NCBI GenBank assembly: GCA_964016885.1
Contig: OZ024740.1
Coordinates: 359,786,001-359,850,000 of the forward strand
Source of the DNA: Eledone cirrhosa
Lineage: Eukaryota
Reading direction: 5' to 3'
DNA length: 64,000 bases
Shown here: in pieces, positions 51,796 through 64,000 of the stretch
Position numbering within the stretch: the stretch's first letter is position 1
Layout: the number at the start of each line of letters is the position of its first letter
Notes under the pieces: model-generated
Databases searched by the model: none
What the model was told of the DNA's origin: nothing
What the model saw: the letters and a program-made list of their open reading frames with translations, nothing else
Translations under genes and position numbers: made by a program

Positions 51796-53613
51796 TTGAT
51801 GTGCAGTTTTCATAACAAGTCCAAGCTCTCCTTCTAGTGAAGCATCCAACAGAAGAGCAAGAGGATCAAAACATACTCTTCTTGTGTAATTTTTGGAGCC
51901 AATGGTTTTTAAAAGAGATTTTACAGCCCGGTTTTTATTTTCTGGTCCTTTTAAGTTATTGCCATTTGTATTATTATTGCTGCTATTTTGCTGACTTCCA
52001 CTGCTTACACTAGAAGAATGAGAGGAAGTCTGACTTACATTTTCTGGAATGTTATCATTGTTTGTCTGCCAATGTCGATTGTCATTAGACGTGGTGTAAT
52101 CACTAGTATCAGGTTTGTGCTGCGAAACTCCCGAAATTGAACTAGTGGACACCGATCGACTAGGATCTGCAGTACTTTTTAATGTCTTCACATACTCCTC
52201 ATGCTCACTGTCAGAATGTCTTCTTCGTATATTCTTTGGAGTGTTTGCTTTAAAACTTCCCTTATCAGATGCTAGATCTCGGTGCATGGATGTTGAGGTG
52301 GTCAAAGGAGAAATAGGGTTTACTTTGTTATGAAAATTACTTGGCATGAGGTCAGTCTGTTGACTTTGACTATTGTTCCCATTTGTACCTTCTGTGTGAT
52401 GAATTGTAGCTACATAATGGTTCTCAGGCAACGTTAGTCGTGTTGTGTACGTGTTCTCAATAACACTATTGGAAGCATACTGAGGTTTACTTAATGCCGT
52501 GTTCACAGAATGAGTAGGGCCAGAATCAGAAGTGATACTTTTAGAAGTGGATGTCGTCAAAGTTGGCTTGTCATTACTTACTGTAGGTGATATTTGTGCA
52601 TTTGGCTTGCTTTGTTTTATATCATCATAAGTTTCACTTTGTGATAAGTTGAAAGTTTTTTTATAACCTACTGACCCACCATAATCAGGTTCACTAGTTG
52701 GTATAATTGGTGGGCTATCATTTAGTTTTTTCTGAAAGTTGTCAGTTGTGTCATAATTGTTTGATTCTGGAGAACTATAATTCAATTGTTTGGGTGAAAT
52801 ATTAGTATCTCCTTGGCCAAATTGCAAGCTATTGTTCTTAGTAGAAGACCCAAAGTTAGTTAAATTTTGAACCATAATACCAGTCTGAGAGGTTTCACTA
52901 GTAGCAGGTGAACTTTGGCCACTGCCGTCCTGACGAACTTCATCAGGAACGACACTATTAGATGAGGAGTTGCTTACTCGACCAGACAACATTGATGTAG
53001 AGTATGTACTTCCAAATGGCTTTGGTAGAAAATTTGATATATTTGGAGTTATCCGATTTGATGGAAATTTAGAAGTTTCACTATTTACTGAAGGATGTGT
53101 CCCTTTTGTTTTGGTAGGATACTGGGGAGGGTTGCTGTTATTTCCATCATTAACTAGACATTTATCAACTGACACAACTAGAGGGATCTGATAGTCTTCA
53201 ATCACGTCTTCGGATTTTGTTTTCTTATAACCAGGAGTAGGGGATTCAATGATGGGTGTATTTTCTTGGTTGTTAAATATATTATTGCTAGGCAATGACT
53301 GATATTTTGGTTTTTCCTTGCTGAATATCTGTTCAGAATGGGTTTCATCGACTGATGTGTTCTGATGGCGAGGGGCATGATGGTATGGTTCAACTGCAGC
53401 TATGTTACTGGCTGGTCGAACCTTGTTTACTTGCCCAATATTGTTAGTTTTATGATGCTGTTGCTGCAACTGTTGTGCTAACCGTTTCTTCAATCTTAAC
53501 TGAAGTTCAGCAATCCGTTTATCCATCTGACTCACATCTCGCCTTTTCTTCATTAGTAAATCTTGCTGGCTATTCATCTTGATGCTTTGTTGTTCGTTTA
53601 ATTTATTGTGTAG
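51796..53613 (-). CDS. PPP1R13B: ASPP-family large exon (coiled-coil end, Ser/Asn/Thr-rich linker, RVxF, start of ankyrin region)
   Basis: aatag|CTA...CAA|gtaagt, 1818 bp open frame; MDKRIAELQLRLKK, NIAAVEPY, RRVCFDPLALLLDASLEGEL are ASPP hallmarks. Confidence 0.95.
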
Positions 53614-53714
53614 CTATTTAGGAAACAGAACAGATAAAAATAATGTTAGTCTATTGAAAATAAGGCAATCAATAAGATATGTATCTAATTAAATAACCAA
53701 CTTTATACTGATGT

Positions 53715-54085
53715 GATTAGAGTAGTGATGAAAATGTATGAGAAAGTGCACAGACAAAGACAAAGTGAGAACGACAAGTTTGAAGTGAAGGTTTGAGTGC
53801 ATCAGGGGTCAGTATTAAGCCTACTAGTAATTGTAGCTGTGATAGAGGTACTAGTCCAAAGTGTAAAGAAAGGTTTACCATGGAAATGGCTATATGCAGG
53901 TGACCTGATATTAATAGTATGGATGGACTGAGGGAGAAAATAAACAGGTGGAAGGAATATATGGAAGCAAAAGGTATGAAGGTGAATATTGGAAAGACTA
54001 AAATAATAGCAACGAGGTGGAAAGAACAGGAAGATGGCCATATGCAGTGTTGGAGTTAACTCCCTGAAATATACAATATGTAAAT
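53715..54085 (+). mobile_element. Decayed RTE RT fragment
   Basis: VHQGSVLSLL, GLPWKWLYAGDL, VNIGKTK. Confidence 0.7.
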
Positions 54086-55435
54086 GAACATTTTTTTTTT
54101 TGTCCTGTAACTCCTAGTGAAATCATTGGGACATCATATTGACATACAGCATTTCTAGGGCATTTTTTAACCTGGCAGAGCTCAATCCTCTCCAGGTCTG
54201 AATACAGCAGATTTCTTCCAGAGAAGGATTGTGAGACAGAATGGGAGTGAGAAAGAGATATAGAGGAAGAATTGACCCCAGTACTAAACTAGTACTTTTT
54301 TTTTATCAACCTTGAAAGGATGAAAGGTAAAGTTGACCATGATGGGATTTGAACTCACCCAGTGCAATGCAGTAGAAATATATAAAGGGAAAAGGATGAC
54401 AAATAAAACAAAAAGTAATGTTTTACCCAGTATATTTCAACATGATATTTCAGGGCTATTACCTCCTTTTCAAATGTGTAACGAAAATGGTTCAAAACAA
54501 AGAACACATTGATCATTCATTTTTGTTTTGAACTGTTTTTGATTTATGTTACGTATTTCTACCACATTGTACCGGCTTTCTGAAACTTATCGGTCATTTA
54601 TTACATATCTCACAATGCTTCATATTAACCATACTATTTTAATATATAATATATGTGTGTGTATATTATATATATATATATATGATGACAGATGTCAACT
54701 CAATGATTATGACCAATGCTTGATAATGAGCTGTGATGTAAAGATGACCTTTAAGTTACAACTTTTACCTAAATAAGATGTAGTTTGCTTGAAGAATTGT
54801 GTAAAGTGTAGTAAATAGTGTTTTGTTTGAAGGCTACCAAAATGTGAATTGGATGGTAAATGTTAGAAATATGATGATGATAAAAATATGATGTTGGAAT
54901 GTTACCTTGCAGTTCTTTATAGGCCCTCCTTATATTTTGGGATAATATCCCTTAATCAAAATATTAATAGAAGAAACTAGTTCAGTGTTGTATATTTTTT
55001 GTGAAATTCCACTTTCAAATTTAAAAAAAATGGCAGCTTAAGAGCAACAAAAAAGTAAACAGCTCTGAATTAGTTTCTTATTTTGATGAAAGGATTTTAT
55101 CCACAAATATAAGGATCCATAAAGAAATACAAGTTAACATCACATCATCATTATTAGCATCATATTACTAACATTTACTGTTCAATTCACATTGTGGTAG
55201 CCTTCAAACAAAATACTATTTTCTACATTTTGCATAAATGTTTCTTCCAACCATGAATAAAAAAGCATAATTTGTTACAAGATTGTTAATAGACATATAT
55301 TCTTTCAGGTGACAATGATCCTTTATTAGCTTGTAGCTCCTTAGAGTCCTATATAGATAATATTACATTGTGATTTTTTAGACAGAGGTTTAATTCTATA
55401 GAGTAAACTTACAGAAAAATAAAAATTGTACTTAC

Positions 55436-55635
55436 AGCCAGTTTCTTGCGTAGTTTGTCCAATTCAATAGCTGCCATGGCATTGGGGTGGTCAGGGTTGA
55501 TCTTACCATTAATTGTAAATGCCCCAATTCGTATCTGCTCAAGCTGTTTTGTCAATTGCTCTACTTTGGCCACGGCCATGGCTAATTCTTTTTCTTTCTC
55601 ATTGAATAGAATTTTTATGGATTCCAGTTCAGAAT
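55436..55635 (-). CDS. PPP1R13B: ASPP-family exon (coiled coil)
   Basis: ttcag|AT...GCT|gtaagt, phase 1 to 0; (N)SELESIKILFNEKEKELAMAVAKVEQLTKQLEQIR...AAIELDKLRKKLA. Not in ORF track. Confidence 0.92.
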
Positions 55636-57819
55636 CTGAAGAAATAAATCAATGGTAACAATTTAGAAAGAGTGTTGTTAATAAATTGATAGAGTATTGG
55701 TACAGATATAGATAGAACTTTAGTTGATGTTAGAGTCTCATCATATAAGTGATAATAATATAAGTAGATTTCAGTAACAAATGTTTCCTTTCCCTACACT
55801 ACCATATTAACTCTTAACACCCTGTACCATATAAAACCACACTAGCAGGACATTCAGGAAAAATACTAAACAGCTTTTATGACTGCAACATATGAAATAT
55901 TGAAGTCTTTACTCAATTACAGCAAATTTTCATGATAATCTGTCCAGCAGTAAATATAAATATACTAAAATCATTTGAATTAACAAATATGTCCTTAAAT
56001 ACTTTTTAGTTAAATCATTACAGGATGTTAAGTAGTAATGATGTCCTTTTAAACTATTATGCACAACACAAAAACTTCTTTCACACAGGAGTTGATAGCG
56101 AATGAATGAGGAGAGAGAGAGAGAGAACAGCACTAAATTGATCAACTATATTTTTGAGAGCAATAGTGATGGTACTTTTTGACAAGGTACTTTTTTATTT
56201 GAAAACACTGGTCTTTCATATTCTTTTAACTATACTTACATCTCTAGTATATATATACATATAGGGGAAAGATAGGCATAAACATGCCTGTATATATATA
56301 CACACACAATGAATTTCCTTACAGTTTACAGAAGAAATTACATTTTCAAAACACTAGTGAACCTGAGGCTATGGTTGAAGACGTTTGTCATGCAGTGGAA
56401 TCAAACCTGGAACTATATGGTTGCAAAGTGAACTTCTTAACTCCACAACCAAGCCTGACTAGAGATCAGTTATGGAAGTGGTATGTGACCGACTATATAT
56501 ATGAGAAGCTACAGTTGATGAAATGTTTTTATTCTTTTTGGGGGGGCTAGGAATTAATAAAAGAGATGGTCATTAAAAGTTCACAGTTAATCACTGATGA
56601 ATTTTTTTACAGGAACTAATAAATAATTAGTCATTGATTGGATGGAATAATATATTTTACTGTTTATTATTGTTGTACTAAGATAATGAATTGGTAGAGT
56701 TGCTAAAATGTTGGACAAAAAAGATGATTTGCAATGTTGGTTCTAGTTTTCTGTGATCTGAGTTAAAATCCTGATATGGTCAACTTTACTATTAATCCTT
56801 TTGAGAGTCAATAAATAAAGTACCAGTCTAGAGCAGTGGATTAGCAGAACTGCTAATATTGCCTTGTGATATCTGTTGAGGTTCTTTGTGTTCTGACAAC
56901 AATGCCTGTGGCATTGGTTCCAAGGTGTATTAGCCCTGCCTTTTCCAAGGACAACATCTGGGTTTCCATAAAAAAAAAATCTTGCTCAGGTTTGTGCCTT
57001 GGAAAAAAGTATCCAGCAGATGCTTTAAGTTGTTGTACATTCATTTATCATGGCTATAAGATGAGTGGAATAAATTTTGTTAATTTAGATATTTGCATAT
57101 TACTGAATCAATTATTTTTAACAGCTGGATGTCATTTGTAACACCTTAACTGTGAAAGTGGTGTTGAGCTCTAGGACAGCTCTGACTGAGCAAACCTATG
57201 ACCAACAGTGTTCCAACCATCTTGTGTCAGGTTCTGCATATATAGTACATTATCTAATGTGTCATCTTTTCCAGGCTGCAGGTTGTAATTAGAGGTGTAT
57301 TTCACAGTTATTTCCAGCAGCTTATGTGACTATGCAAAAACTCAAACATTGGCTCATCTAATCTGTAAAGCAAGAGTGGAAACTGGCAGAGAGCATGTAG
57401 ATACAAGCAAACTATATCTATCTTGCCCCAGCAGCAAAGCCATTGTTTTCTTCTATTGTATTGTATTTCATTATTATCTTCAATGGGAGATAATAATGAA
57501 ATGGTTATAATTAACTTTGTTGCTAGGCACTGGCATGAATTATCCTTTCATGTTTCAGTGTATTTCAAATCAAACCATCATCATTATATTTAACATCCAT
57601 TTCTCTTGCTTTACCAGTTTAGTACTCAAGCAGAGCTACTGGCCTCTCTAATGAGCTGGGGCCCTGCATCTATCGTATGTACAAACCCGGGCTCTACTGA
57701 GTGCATTTTATCATAACATCAACACTACAGAGGTTGTCATGTCTGACACAGCTGAAAAGCCACCCCAACCCTAATGTTAATAACAATAGTTAACAACAAT
57801 AGCAATATGTTAGGTTGAA

Positions 57820-60060
57820 ATCATCATCATCATCATCTTTTAACGTCCATATTCCACGCTTGCATGGGTTTGGACGGGAGTTTTCCCACTTGAGGCAAGT
57901 GTGGTTGTCTTGCTCGCATAGGACTGTCCGGCGGGTTTTCTACGGCTGGATGCCCTTCCTAACACCAACCACCTTTACAGTGTGGAACTGGGAGGTTTTT
58001 ACCGTATTACCTACACGGCCACATTACAGCGTGGACTGTGTTTTTTTTGTCGTGACACCTACACGACCTCATTTGTTTCGGCCTAGATGTTGTGGTACCA
58101 ACATAACTTTACATTGAAAGGGGTGGTGTGGATAGGGTGGGGGTAGTGGGACGGGGGTGTATTTTGTTAGAGGTGCCTACTGACTGTAGTAGGTTTTACT
58201 TTGTATTTAGGTAAGGCGGGTCTTCTCTATTACTGTGTAGCGCCAAAGATCTCGGTCCAGTGACATTGTCTTGGATAGGTGTAAGTGTGTGAGGTCGGAA
58301 TTTATCAAGTCGTCCCAGGTTTTTCTGGGTCTGCCTACTCCGTGGCTACCGTCTATTTTTATTGCTCTGCACTTTTTTATACAGCTGTCGTCTTTCATGC
58401 GCATCACGTGACCATACCAACGTAGCCTTCTCTCGAGTAAACAACATCTGATCCCTCTTATTTCTAATTTTTCCCTTAGTTCATTTATGCTTTGCCGTTC
58501 ACGTATATTACTATTACACATCCAGCGGAGCATGCAAGCTTCGTTCCTCTCTAGTCTGCGTATATCCTCTGCACACAATGCCCAGGTCTCACTGCCATGC
58601 AACATTGCTGTTCGTATGCAGGCTTTCATTTTTAGGGAGAACCCTTTAGCGGCTAATAGTGGTATAAGCTCTCTGAATTTTTTCCATCCAGTTCTGACTC
58701 TAGCTACTGTACTTTCAGAGCCCCCCACTGCTGATTTTGTCACCCAGGTAACAGAAGCTGTCCACTATTTCTATAGAACCATCTGTGCAATTGAAAGAGC
58801 TAGTATTCTGTGGGCACTTGCTGCTACTTATTGCACCAGAGCACCGGCCACATATAAAATCTATGTTCTTAGTTAGCTTACCTGTGATCCCACTACATCT
58901 TTTATGCACCCATACTTTGCATTTGGGACATAAAATGGAGTTTCTACCTACTCCTTTCCTACACACTGAGCATGGCCATTTCCCGGATGGGACCGGCGCC
59001 CTATTTTCCTTCCTACAAACTAGAACTTTAGTCTTAGACAGGTTAATTTTAAGTCCTTTTGATTCTAGGCCCTGCTTCCATGTTTGGAATTTCTTCTCTA
59101 GTTCGGCCATTGATTCAGCTATGAGTGTTAGATCATCTGCGTATAGGAGTTCCCATGGGCAGCCGGTCTTGAACTCCACTGTTATAGCCTGAAGGGCAAT
59201 AATAAATAGTAGGGGGCTAAGAACGGAGCCCTGATGAACACCAACTTTTACGCTAAACTCTTCACTATATTCGTTGTTAATTCTAACCTTGCTGACTGTT
59301 CCTTTATACATGGCTTGTATAGCTCAAGCCATTCATCAACACCTAGTTTTCTAAGAGCCCACCAGATAATGGAACGGGGCACTCTGTCGAAGGCTTTCGC
59401 CAAGTCGACAAAAGCTAAGTATAGGAGTTTACTTTTAGCTAGGTACTTCTCCTGTAGTTGTCGTACAATGAAAAGAGCGGCTGTGGTACTTTTGCCTGAC
59501 ACAAACCCGAAATGCATTGCCCTATTACTTTTTCTGTGATCTTCATGACTTGGTCGATCAATTTAATGCCTCTATAGTTACTCCTATCTAGGGCATCTCC
59601 TTTACCCTTGTAGCAGTTAATGATGATGCTGCTACGCCAGTCCTTCGGAACAATCCCATTCTGTATGACTTGGTTTACTATCCGGGTGACCATGGTGTGT
59701 CCGTTCCAGAAGCTTTCAGCATTTCAGCAACTATTTCCGAAGGCCCAGCCGCCTTACCCGTCTTCATATCTTTGATTGCCTTACTTATTATACTACCTTC
59801 GACTAACACTGCTGGTCCCTCTATTGGGTCGATGTGGGGGAGACTGTCTTTCTCCCATTTATTCTCCTCATTTAGTAGCCTTTCGTAGTGACACTTCCAA
59901 GCTACCTTCTTATCAGCGTCAGTGATGGCAAGTACACCATCATCATTAAGTACACACTTCTCCCTGACAATATCATGGTTTTCCTTGACAAATTGCCTAG
60001 CAATCCTGAACACCTCACGTTTTTGGTCCTCGCGTTGTAGAACATGCTTAAACTTTCTTT
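57820..60060 (-). mobile_element. 5'-truncated, frameshifted RTE LINE family B (RT with internal PHD finger, 3'UTR, (GAT)n tail) in an ASPP intron
   Basis: KAAGPSEI, NYRGIKL, AFVDLAKAFDRV, GVHQGSVLSPLLF, LLYADDL, CYLGD, RRLRWYGHV, GRPRKTW spread over five ORFs. Confidence 0.93.
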
Positions 60061-60557
60061 CCTAAATATAAATTTAAAATAATTCAGAAGATTTATGAAA
60101 AACAATCTCATAATATTCAAGCTGCAATGTGAAGCCAGCAACTTCCAAGCCATGATTGTTGAGAGCTGTGTGTGTAAGAGATAATCATTATCATTACCAC
60201 CACTTAATGTCTATTTTCCAAACTTACATGGGTTAAACAAGCTGAATGTACTGAAATCACACTGGTTAGATGGCCATGTCCTGCTGATATATGCCACTTT
60301 TGGCTTGGCTTCTATGGTTAGATGCCCTTCCTAATTCCAACCATTATGACTGTATAAAGCAATTTGAGCAAAAAAAGACTATTTTAACCATATATATATA
60401 TATATATATGTGTGTATGTGTGTTACACATAAAAGCAAAGTTTCCATCATGAAATGAAGGTTGAAATACAGATCATTATACATACACTGAAGATTTTACC
60501 ATTATGTTATTGTATTGAAATTTAAACAAATGCTATTATTGATAATACATTACTTAC

Positions 60558-60834
60558 TTAAATTGCCATTATTCAGCTTCTGTTGTTCAGCCTGACCTTT
60601 CAGAGCTTTTAATTTCTTCAGTTTCAATTCTTGGGATTCAACCCTTTCACGAAGTTTTCGAAGTTGGTCATTCTCAGCAATCATCTGTTGGTGTTGAGCA
60701 TCCTGGTTACGTAAATACTTCAGCCGTTGCTCTTTTGTTAGCAAGATGTTTTGTTGTGCCTCCAGCTCTCTCTGCTGATGAGCAGAAATCTCCTGTAATT
60801 CTCCAAATGTCATATCCACTCCACCATGTGGTAG
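60558..60834 (-). CDS. PPP1R13B: ASPP-family exon (Gln-rich coiled coil)
   Basis: ttacag|CTA...TTA A|gtaagt; LPHGGVDMTFGELQEISAHQQRELEAQQNILLTKEQRLKYL...VESQELKLKKLKALKGQ matches the ASPP1/2 N-terminal coiled coil. Upstream exons not found in the window. Probably co-orthologous to PPP1R13B and TP53BP2. Confidence 0.92.
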
Positions 60835-62892
60835 CTGTAAGAAAATAGATTTGTAAATGTATTTTTAAATACAAACATACAAGTAGAAAGTAGAACAATT
60901 TACATGTTAGTGCTAAGGCAATACCAACTACATTTTTATCCTCAGGTTTGCCCTCAACAAACAAACAATCATTCATGCTGAAACCATCCCATATTTTGGC
61001 ATATCTGTGACTAGATCATCTATTTCCTAATAGTAAGCTCTGATTTGAGGGAGATTTAGCTGCCATTTCTAGCAAATCAAGTGACCTCTTAAAGGCTTCC
61101 CCACAGAGCTGCCAAAGTTGGTACATTCGAACAAAATTAATACTATTAGCCTCGGGTTGTTTATTTGCCTTACATTTTCTTGAGGTCCAGGCACTCCTAT
61201 CAGAAAATGTAATGATGAGATAAGTTAGTAATATGAGGCATGGTATGATGTCTGCAGTATTGTCATGCTGTGATTGCAGAACATCTGCAACTCTCTCAAT
61301 CAACTGCTGTTGTGATCTAACTCTGGCTGTTAAGCTCCCAGTAATTGGTGTTATAAGCTTGCAGGGCTGGCTGGGTAATTACCATTCTCATCAGGTAACC
61401 AAACCATTTGATGTATTGTTGAGCTATGAACTGGTTGAGAAGAATGACACCAACCATTTACCTAGTATCCAGTCCATTCTAATTATGCCAGCTACACACC
61501 AGAGACATCTTATCTAAGAGTTTGTGAATATTCACTTCAGGACTTTGTTCAGAGTCCAGTTCTGGAACTGGTAAGTAAGGGTGTGTGTGTGTGTGGTGGG
61601 GTGGGGTGGGGTGGGGGTGTCAAATTTTGAATTGATCAGTTTGGTTTGTCTCCATAGGTATCCTTAAGCGTACCAGGAGAGATGCTAGTTGATAGTTGAC
61701 TGCGCTCGTCTTCTGAACCTTCTTTATTTTTCTGTATTTTTGATACATTTGAGATATTTTGTTATAAATGTGTGCTCAAATGCTTCAAGAGTTATATTTT
61801 TCATGTTCCATGCTCCTTTTTAAAACTTAACATTTCCTATATCTGATACATGTTTATTAATATCCTAATATATTCCCGTGTTCTTGGCCCCCTGGACCAC
61901 ATCCCTGCTTACTGCTATCGAAGCGGAGTTGGCTGCCCACAGGTGCGAGCCCCATGAGGTGGAGTGGCTGTTTGAGTGTGTGTTTTATGAAATTTTGGTG
62001 GAGTGGCTGTTTTATGAAACTTTTGTGATTTCAAGTTTTTTGTTTTTTTTTGTGAACTCTTGAATGAAGAGAAAAATATGAATAATTATTCAGATAATGA
62101 TGATAATTCTTCTTAAAACTGTTGCAAGGCCAGCAATTTGGGGAAAAGAGAAAGTCAATTATATTGAGACTAGTACTTTATTTCATTGACCCCAGAAGGA
62201 TGAAAGACAAACTTGACCATGCCAGAATGCAGAAAGTTGTAACTAAATACACAAAGCATTTTGTCCGATGTTCTACCAATATGGCCAACCCACCACCCTT
62301 ACTGAGAATGAATGATACTTCTAAGAAAAAGATACAAAACTCCACAGTTGCATACAAAAGAAAGGTGCCATCTGTGATTTTGACACATGAAAACATTTTC
62401 TTATTGCTGGTAAATACAACTCGAAGATTTCTGCAAATTATGCAATTAAAAAGTCAATTATAATTTAAGTTAAAATGAAAGACATGAAACGACAGAATTG
62501 GTAACCCCCCCCCCAAAAAAAAAAAACTAAAATTGACTAAACACCTAAAAAGCAAATGATTTTAGGAAATCTAGGCAATTTTATATTCAATAAGTACAGA
62601 TACATGCTACTGAGATTAAACTCTGTGGATTTATTGTATAAAACAATTTACTAATTGTCCTCTTAGACTGTTTACTTAGCTTCATTGCCAACGTCTGTCC
62701 AGTCTAGAAAATAGCAAAAGACAGCAGGCATGCTAGAATCAATGTTTTGTTTCTTGTGTCAGTCAATCTAGTTTGTTAAATAATATCTATCAGCTATATA
62801 ATAAAGTGGTTATCATGGAAGGAAAGTATTCAAAACAAAGTATATAGTCAATCATGTCTGCAAGGAATAAAAAGATATAGCCATACAGCTTA

Positions 62893-63085
62893 ATAATTGT
62901 TTCTACTTTTGGCACAAGGCCAGCAATTATCCAGTGCATTACTGGTACTTTGCCTTTCATTCTTACGGGGTTGATAAAGTAAAGTTAACCTCGGCGGGAT
63001 TTGAACTCAGAATGGCAAGGGCCATAACTATGCATCAAAGCATGGCGTCCGACCCTCTACCATTACTGCCAATCCAATGCCAGCT
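62893..63085 (-). mobile_element. tRNA-derived SINE
   Basis: Reverse complement of the 6486 SINE; more decayed copies at ~270-410, ~54270-54360, ~56685-56865 and ~62110-62300. Confidence 0.75.
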
Positions 63086-64000
63086 AGAGAGAAAAATACT
63101 ACGGATCCACACACACACCTAATAGAGAATGTAATAACCGGCTTAATATTGAAAGCAAACTGCAGTAATAACCTATGAAAATTTACACTATAACAGAATG
63201 CGAAAAGATAAATAAATATCCCAGTAATGGATGCATCAAGGACAGAGATGTAGGGAAGGTTTCGAGGGGAAATAGAGGAGAGAGTGTGTTGTAAGAATGA
63301 GAGTGAGTGAGAGAGAGAGAAGGATAAATGAGACAGAAGAGATAGTGAGTGTGTGTAAGAAAGAGAGAGGGGCGATAGGGGAAATAGAGGGTAATGTAAG
63401 AGAAAGAGGGGAGAAAATAAAGAGAGAGGAGACAGTGAGTATAAGAGAGACCTTAGGTGAGGGGAGATAAAAAGAGAGAGGAGAGTTCTCCTGAACCAGC
63501 TTTTATTAGTGACATAAAGACTTTATAACAGTGACAAGACAACCAGCTCCATTGTAAATGACAACACATAGATAAAACATCCAATTAACTCTTAACCTGA
63601 AATGACTTAGCAGAAGATATCTATAAACCGGTTTGTTGATTAAAATGATTAGAGTGTTTATACTAATGTGGACAGATTGTTGTGAAAATCTGCAGTATAA
63701 CAATTAATATAAAACTAAGTAAAGAATTGTTAGTGTTGCTATCATAGTACTGTTTTATACTTTTCAAGAATGTCTTGCTAATGTGGTTTCATGTGGTAGT
63801 GGGCGTTGTGAGTCAATAGAGTGACATTTTGGTCAGATTTATAGACATATATATATCTACACTATGTAGATTGAAATATCATTCATAATTTCTAATTGGG
63901 ACAATGCATAAATTTCTACTTAGTTGCTTGACCAGCAAAAACTAGTTGCATATCTTTCACAAATCATAATCTACCACCTTGACCCTTTAGTATTTACATT

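Noticed and set aside
60900-64000. Upstream ASPP exons (ubiquitin-like N-terminus)
   Set aside because: No matching peptide with splice sites found; they probably lie beyond the window.

Overview
AT-rich, intron-containing animal genomic DNA, not prokaryotic. The SINE/RTE/MITE repertoire suggests an octopod cephalopod (inference). Two host genes lie on the minus strand. Seven exons with canonical, frame-consistent splice sites (60834 down to 40860) encode the coiled-coil, low-complexity, RVxF, ankyrin and SH3 parts of an ASPP-family protein (PPP1R13B/TP53BP2-like). One 80-bp exon (2858-2937), missed by the ORF track, encodes the start of a kinesin-2 (KIF3B/KRP95-like) motor. The rest is mostly decayed mobile DNA: RTE-clade LINEs (one family with a PHD finger inside its RT), tRNA-derived SINEs, a mariner remnant, and piggyBac-, hAT-, mariner- and Merlin-type MITEs. 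The most unusual part is the intergenic block at about 20.5-33.7 kb. It holds a chimeric Penelope-like unit with a GIY-YIG-type endonuclease tail and two different hammerhead-ribozyme motifs, three nearby palindromes or inverted repeats (38 bp perfect, 172 bp perfect, ~760 bp imperfect), and a ~1.8-kb inverted copy of the chimera 8 kb away. Exon, TIR/TSD, palindrome and ribozyme coordinates were counted by hand; boundaries of decayed TEs are approximate.
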